From a virus, in IMG/VR virus record IMGVR_UViG_3300026549_000005, positions 3,003 to 67,002 of that record: DNA of 64,000 nucleotides. One strand, written 5' to 3'. Numbering within the stretch: position 1 is the stretch's first letter; every line of letters begins with the position of its first letter. A program made the position numbers and the translations under genes. Positions 59,791-64,000 of this stretch are shown piece after piece. The notes below the pieces were generated by a model. That model was given only the letters and a program-made list of their open reading frames with translations, searched no databases and was not told where the DNA came from.

Positions 59791-62345
59791 TTTTTCTTAC
59801 TCCTATCACCAGTGTATTTATCTTCATCATCTTCTTCAAGTTCAATTTCACATTCATTATCAAACCTGCTATCAGTGATGATACGACCAATTCCAAAACA
59901 TTGTGTACATACTGCCTGCCTGAATTCCTGCTCACCCTCACGAACCGCCAATTGTTTCAGCCTTAAAATACCATTTTTCTTTTCAATTTCAGTCTGATTA
60001 AGTGAGACCATGCTTGTAACATGGGCAAGTTTGCGAATATCCTCGGCTATGTCCGTTGCATCTACATTCTTACCGATGCTCGCTCTTCCTGATTGCGATG
60101 CAGTGAATACAACACACTTTCTTTTTTGTGCCATACCCCTAAGCCTTTTCCAAATACCGTCAATCTGATTTCTATAATCACCTTTTTCACTAGGCATCAT
60201 AATATCAGCATAATCAACAATAATTACATCAGGAACATAACCATCATTCTGCACAAGATTTTCAATATCCATATCAAGCATTTCAACACTTTCAGAATAA
60301 GCAGGAACGGCAAGAACCCTTATGTCACCACCCCTGAACATTCTTTTTAATTGTTTCTGCTTTTTCTGAATTTCTGAAATATCAACTGCCTTTCTACTAA
60401 TCGTCTTATGCTCAACAGTCCATTTATCACCATCAGATTCAAAATATGGATAATCCAATTCTTTGTCTTCATTCACCTGCCCACTCATACAAGTCCAATA
60501 TCTTTTCAACATTTGCGATTCAGACATTTCAAGTGAACAATGTAAAACTTTCAGACCATTCATCATTGCGGTAACACCCGCATCAATCAATGCCCAAGTA
60601 TTATGAGATACCGTTGTATCAGCAAGCAAAAATTTATGGTCACCATCAAGAACAAAACCGTAATAATCATCTTCACCAACTGATTCAATTTTGAATGAAA
60701 AAGTGTTATTCAATGAAGAATACTTCTTTGAATCCTTTAATTTTTTTCTTTCAAGCAAACAAGGAATTTTTGACAATTCACCCGTTATCTTGATAATCCA
60801 AGATTTTTTCCACCCATTTGTTTCAACATACATTCCCTTATAATTTTTACACTTTTCATTAAAAGTTGTTCTAAATCCTAATTGCTGACATAGAGTTTTG
60901 ACATCATTTGCCAATCTTTCATTCATCAAGTGAATTTCTATACATTTACCGTCTTTTGACGCATATCCATCTGTATCAACAATTCCAGCAAGCAAATCCA
61001 GCCTGTTTTCCTCAGAATCAATCAAATAATCATCGGGAATATGCTTGTTATTAAGCAAACCCAAATTCTTTAATTCTGTAAGCATAACGGAATGGTCATT
61101 TTCACCACGCTTAAAAGTGATTGTTTTAACCCCATTCCTTTTATCCTCAGAAACACTTACTTCATCATGGGTATTCAGACATTCAGACTTGCAACGCTCA
61201 ATAATTTCCAAATCAGTAGTCGTTATATCAGCCCTGCATGAAGTTCCATCACCAAGCCACGCACCAAGCATATATGGTGATACTTTATGCAATTTCTCGT
61301 CATAATCACACTTCACCCTGAACAACTTTAATCTTTTTTTCTGATAATCTGAAAGTTTCAAATAATCATAAACTGAAATTTCAATTTCTTCTTGTTTCAA
61401 CAAATTATTTTCATTGTATTTTGTAAATTCACCGTTTTTATGACCATCTTTTCTAATCTCTTTAATTTCAGATTTTTCACGCTCCCAAGCATTCTTCAAA
61501 ACAAGAATATGGTCGCCATTACAAGTAAAATCAATATCAGGTTTCTTATTCTTGCACAATGGATTCACGTTAGAAGTTACACGGAACATTTCAGCATGAC
61601 CCCTAGTTGTTGATAATACATTTCTAGCAGTAGAATCAACACCCATTAATTTGTCACCCTTTACAATATCCTGAACTTCTTTAATTGAACCATCAGCCAT
61701 AAGAATTTTAGTCCCATAACTTAGGCACTTGCCCCTCTTCATCGGTGCAAGAAAAGCGATAAAATCTTCCCTATGTACCTTGCCAATAACCGCACCATAA
61801 GCACCTTTGAATTCAAGCAATAAATCATCTTCTTTTGTGAATGAACTTACAAGTGCATCAGAATTACCAAGCACACTTACAGACTTACCGCTTTCTTTTT
61901 CCACACCCCTGAATTTCGTTATGAGATTTTCAGCCTTACTAACATCACCGCTTGTTAAATAAGCATCAATATCTGCATTCAAATTCTGCAACTGTAATTT
62001 TTTAAGATAATTCACTGCCTCCTGCAAGGCAAAATCAACATTGAATTGACTTACTGAATCATAATCTTTATCAAGCCTTTGAATAAAGGTTAAAACATTA
62101 TCCTGCAAAGCCTCATCAGAAATTTCTTCACACCTTGCACGGTATAATTTAAGAATATCTTTTTCAGGTGCTTTCTTAAAATTGTTATAAAATTCTTTTA
62201 CCCAACCCGCAATAATTCTTGCATATTCAACCTGCAATAATCTAGGATTAAGAACGGGAACAATTTCCCTGCAAAACTTATCGGAAACGATAATTCCAAT
62301 AAGTAAATCACGCTCATTCAGCGTATTCAATCTTTCCCTACGCAT
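59787..62345 (-). CDS. DnaB-like replicative helicase interrupted by an intein
   Basis: P-loop APMKRGK|C...HN|TWAL; extein motifs HCSLEMS, IIVDYADIM, VVFTASQ. Confidence 0.85.
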   Translation of the reverse strand: MRRERLNTLNERDLLIGIIVSDKFCREIVPVLNPRLLQVEYARIIAGWVKEFYNNFKKAPEKDILKLYRARCEEISDEALQDNVLTFIQRLDKDYDSVSQFNVDFALQEAVNYLKKLQLQNLNADIDAYLTSGDVSKAENLITKFRGVEKESGKSVSVLGNSDALVSSFTKEDDLLLEFKGAYGAVIGKVHREDFIAFLAPMKRGKCLSYGTKILMADGSIKEVQDIVKGDKLMGVDSTARNVLSTTRGHAEMFRVTSNVNPLCKNKKPDIDFTCNGDHILVLKNAWEREKSEIKEIRKDGHKNGEFTKYNENNLLKQEEIEISVYDYLKLSDYQKKRLKLFRVKCDYDEKLHKVSPYMLGAWLGDGTSCRADITTTDLEIIERCKSECLNTHDEVSVSEDKRNGVKTITFKRGENDHSVMLTELKNLGLLNNKHIPDDYLIDSEENRLDLLAGIVDTDGYASKDGKCIEIHLMNERLANDVKTLCQQLGFRTTFNEKCKNYKGMYVETNGWKKSWIIKITGELSKIPCLLERKKLKDSKKYSSLNNTFSFKIESVGEDDYYGFVLDGDHKFLLADTTVSHNTWALIDAGVTAMMNGLKVLHCSLEMSESQMLKRYWTCMSGQVNEDKELDYPYFESDGDKWTVEHKTISRKAVDISEIQKKQKQLKRMFRGGDIRVLAVPAYSESVEMLDMDIENLVQNDGYVPDVIIVDYADIMMPSEKGDYRNQIDGIWKRLRGMAQKRKCVVFTASQSGRASIGKNVDATDIAEDIRKLAHVTSMVSLNQTEIEKKNGILRLKQLAVREGEQEFRQAVCTQCFGIGRIITDSRFDNECEIELEEDDEDKYTGDRSKKK
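60600..61727 (-). mobile_element. intein (376 aa) with LAGLIDADG homing-endonuclease domain in the helicase Walker A
   Basis: CLSYGTKILMADG start, TTVSHN end with Thr +1; LGAWLGDGTS and LLAGIVDTDGYA motifs; boundaries verified at nucleotide level. Confidence 0.85.
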
Positions 62346-62369
62346 TTTATCCTCAATTTATTCTAGGAT

Positions 62370-63275
62370 TCAAATATTAAATAATTTGAATTCATCCTCT
62401 TTTTCTAATCTATAACCAATTCTGCGATATTCATCATAAACAGGTTTCCAAATCATTTCACACTGTTTCCTTTCAGCAGGTAATAAATTGGTCATAATCA
62501 TCAATTGTTCCTGCAACTTTGGATTATACGGACAACCCTTGCAACCAGTTCTTTCAAAATTAAAAGGTGGATAATACAGTTCGCATAACTCGATATTATT
62601 CCGCTTTATAAACTCATTTACAAAGTTTTCATCACAGGGAAACAATGGGTGAAACTTTTTAAGTTCTTTGCATTTATCATCTGCAAAAACCGCACAACCT
62701 TTCAGCGTTCCTCTTAGTCCACCTTCGCCTTGTCGCATCCCTGTAATAGTAATTGTCTTTCCGTTTTCTTTGCTCCACTTCTCCGCTATTTTCTTTTTAA
62801 GTTCAAAACAACACTTGTTTGATACTTTAATCTTGAAATCATTTGTGAACTGATATTTTAATTTTTCTGGACATTCAAATCTGCCACCTCTATTTAGATA
62901 CCTGTTCACCGTTTTTGTAGTTCCGCTATTTTGGAACGTAGATAAATACAAACTGTGTTCTTTGCTCTTAAAAGGATAACCCACTTTATTAAGCATATCC
63001 TTTATATTTACCCCAGAATTGACAATAATGATTCTCTTGTCTTTTTCCGCAAGTTTCTTTACATAATCAAATACTGCTTTGTATTCAATCCCTGTATTAA
63101 AATACACTCTTGGAATCTGATTGTTTGGTAGTGCCATATCTATAAGATGATGAACCACAGTTGAATCTTTTCCACCTGAAAATGCTACATATGCATTATT
63201 TTCTAAATCATACATCTGATTTATTGACTTTATTTTCGCAATTCTATCCTGCAACATAAACTCATTTTCTGTCAT
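62370..63275 (-). CDS. PAPS-reductase-family PP-loop protein with Cys cluster
   Basis: PP-loop AFSGGKDST; KCCFELKK and TGCKGCPYN cysteines. Confidence 0.8.
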   Translation of the reverse strand: MTENEFMLQDRIAKIKSINQMYDLENNAYVAFSGGKDSTVVHHLIDMALPNNQIPRVYFNTGIEYKAVFDYVKKLAEKDKRIIIVNSGVNIKDMLNKVGYPFKSKEHSLYLSTFQNSGTTKTVNRYLNRGGRFECPEKLKYQFTNDFKIKVSNKCCFELKKKIAEKWSKENGKTITITGMRQGEGGLRGTLKGCAVFADDKCKELKKFHPLFPCDENFVNEFIKRNNIELCELYYPPFNFERTGCKGCPYNPKLQEQLMIMTNLLPAERKQCEMIWKPVYDEYRRIGYRLEKEDEFKLFNI

Positions 63276-63299
63276 TAAAACACCACCTTATTTATGTCA

Positions 63300-63464
63300 T
63301 CAAATGTTAATTTTTTTATAACAATCAATCATATCAGATTTATCTGCACATTCAGCAAGGCTTGAATTAAGGATTGGAGCAACCTCACGACAGAACTTGT
63401 CTGAGGTTATCAGGCTAATCAATAAATCCCTTTCATTAAATGTGTTGAGTTTTTCCCTACGCAT
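63300..63464 (-). pseudogene. diverged duplicate of the helicase 5' end (54 codons)
   Basis: MRREKLNTFNERDLLISLITSDKFCREVAPILN versus helicase MRRERLNTLNERDLLIGIIVSDKFCREIVPVLN. Confidence 0.6.
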
Positions 63465-63492
63465 TATTTCAATCTACCTGCAATAAATCTTT

Positions 63493-63505
63493 CTTTTAAA
63501 TTATA
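63493..63505 (-). promoter_or_regulatory. -10-only promoter motif variant TATAATTTAAAAG (M9)
   Basis: Upstream of the helicase-remnant ORF. Confidence 0.35.
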
Positions 63506-63514
63506 GAATCAGCA

Positions 63515-64000
63515 TTAAAAAATTAAATCATCTAACTTAATTTTCTTTTTCTGATTTTTCAAACCCCTCAATTCATCAACTGTACCACAATTAACAATTC
63601 TTGAATCAATATTATGTTCTGCACAAGCCTCTTTCACAAACCAAGCAAAAGGAGCAAAACACTGCAAAGAACGCTGAACATCTACAGTGGTCGGGGAAAT
63701 CTGAACATTCCTGCTCTCACAATATTCTGCAAATTTCTTTACCAAATCAGCACCGCTAGAAATCCAATATCCTGCATTATCAATCTTACAAACTTCATCT
63801 CCCCATTCAACCATATTTTTAATGTTTTCCCAAAATGTACCTGCTGACATATTTTTATTCATATCATACAAAACATTACCATATTTTTTTACTTTACCTG
63901 ATAATTCATTATAAATCCTATCAGCCTTATTTTCACTCAACTGCTCACTAACTTTATTAGGTTCTTTCAAGCACAATATAAACTGACTTTGAGGCTCACC
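63515..64000 (-). CDS. hypothetical protein (5' end probably outside the window)
   Basis: The frame stays open to the window edge; the track start at 63976 is TTG. Confidence 0.5.
   Translation of the reverse strand, partial: GEPQSQFILCLKEPNKVSEQLSENKADRIYNELSGKVKKYGNVLYDMNKNMSAGTFWENIKNMVEWGDEVCKIDNAGYWISSGADLVKKFAEYCESRNVQISPTTVDVQRSLQCFAPFAWFVKEACAEHNIDSRIVNCGTVDELRGLKNQKKKIKLDDLIF

Overview
This window is an almost continuous stretch of an AT-rich tailed-phage genome, transcribed almost entirely on the minus strand. It has Gram-positive-style GGAGG ribosome-binding sites and a PBSX-like (XkdK-XkdU order) contractile-tail module. Positions 45-29988 hold the late genes: an odd left-end cluster, a small plus-strand cassette with dUTPase, lysis genes (CHAP endolysin and membrane proteins), tail fibres, baseplate, tape measure with a -1 frameshift chaperone, tube and sheath, neck, capsid, scaffold, minor head protein, portal, and terminase small and large subunits. 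Positions 30197-64000 hold early and middle genes: family-B DNA polymerase, sliding clamp, clamp loader, primase, DnaB-like helicase, SNF2 helicase, UvsX/RecA-like recombinase, gp32-like SSB, SbcD plus a split SbcC/Rad50-like ATPase, ThyX-like protein, MazG, DUF3310, PAPS-reductase-like protein, several DNA-methyltransferase-like genes, a sigma factor and many small ORFs. I recognised no rRNA, tRNA, CRISPR array or integrase.

Main findings:
- The intein in the minor-head gene has an unbroken reading frame that is codon-for-codon antisense to a Vsr/DUF559-like homing-endonuclease gene on the other strand.
- A second intein (LAGLIDADG type) splits the helicase P-loop.
- A G9 tract frameshifts a C5-methyltransferase-like gene.
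- The DNA polymerase, four DNA-modification-type proteins and a GIY-YIG endonuclease share an extreme C-terminal xPLF(D/E) peptide, which may be a clamp tether.
- The Rad50-like ATPase is split at the zinc hook, and the hook-coding sequence is duplicated around an inserted gene.
- Several gene insertions are flanked by short duplicated gene ends.
- Two distinct reiterated promoter families are present.

All functional calls come from motifs read by eye. No database search was run.
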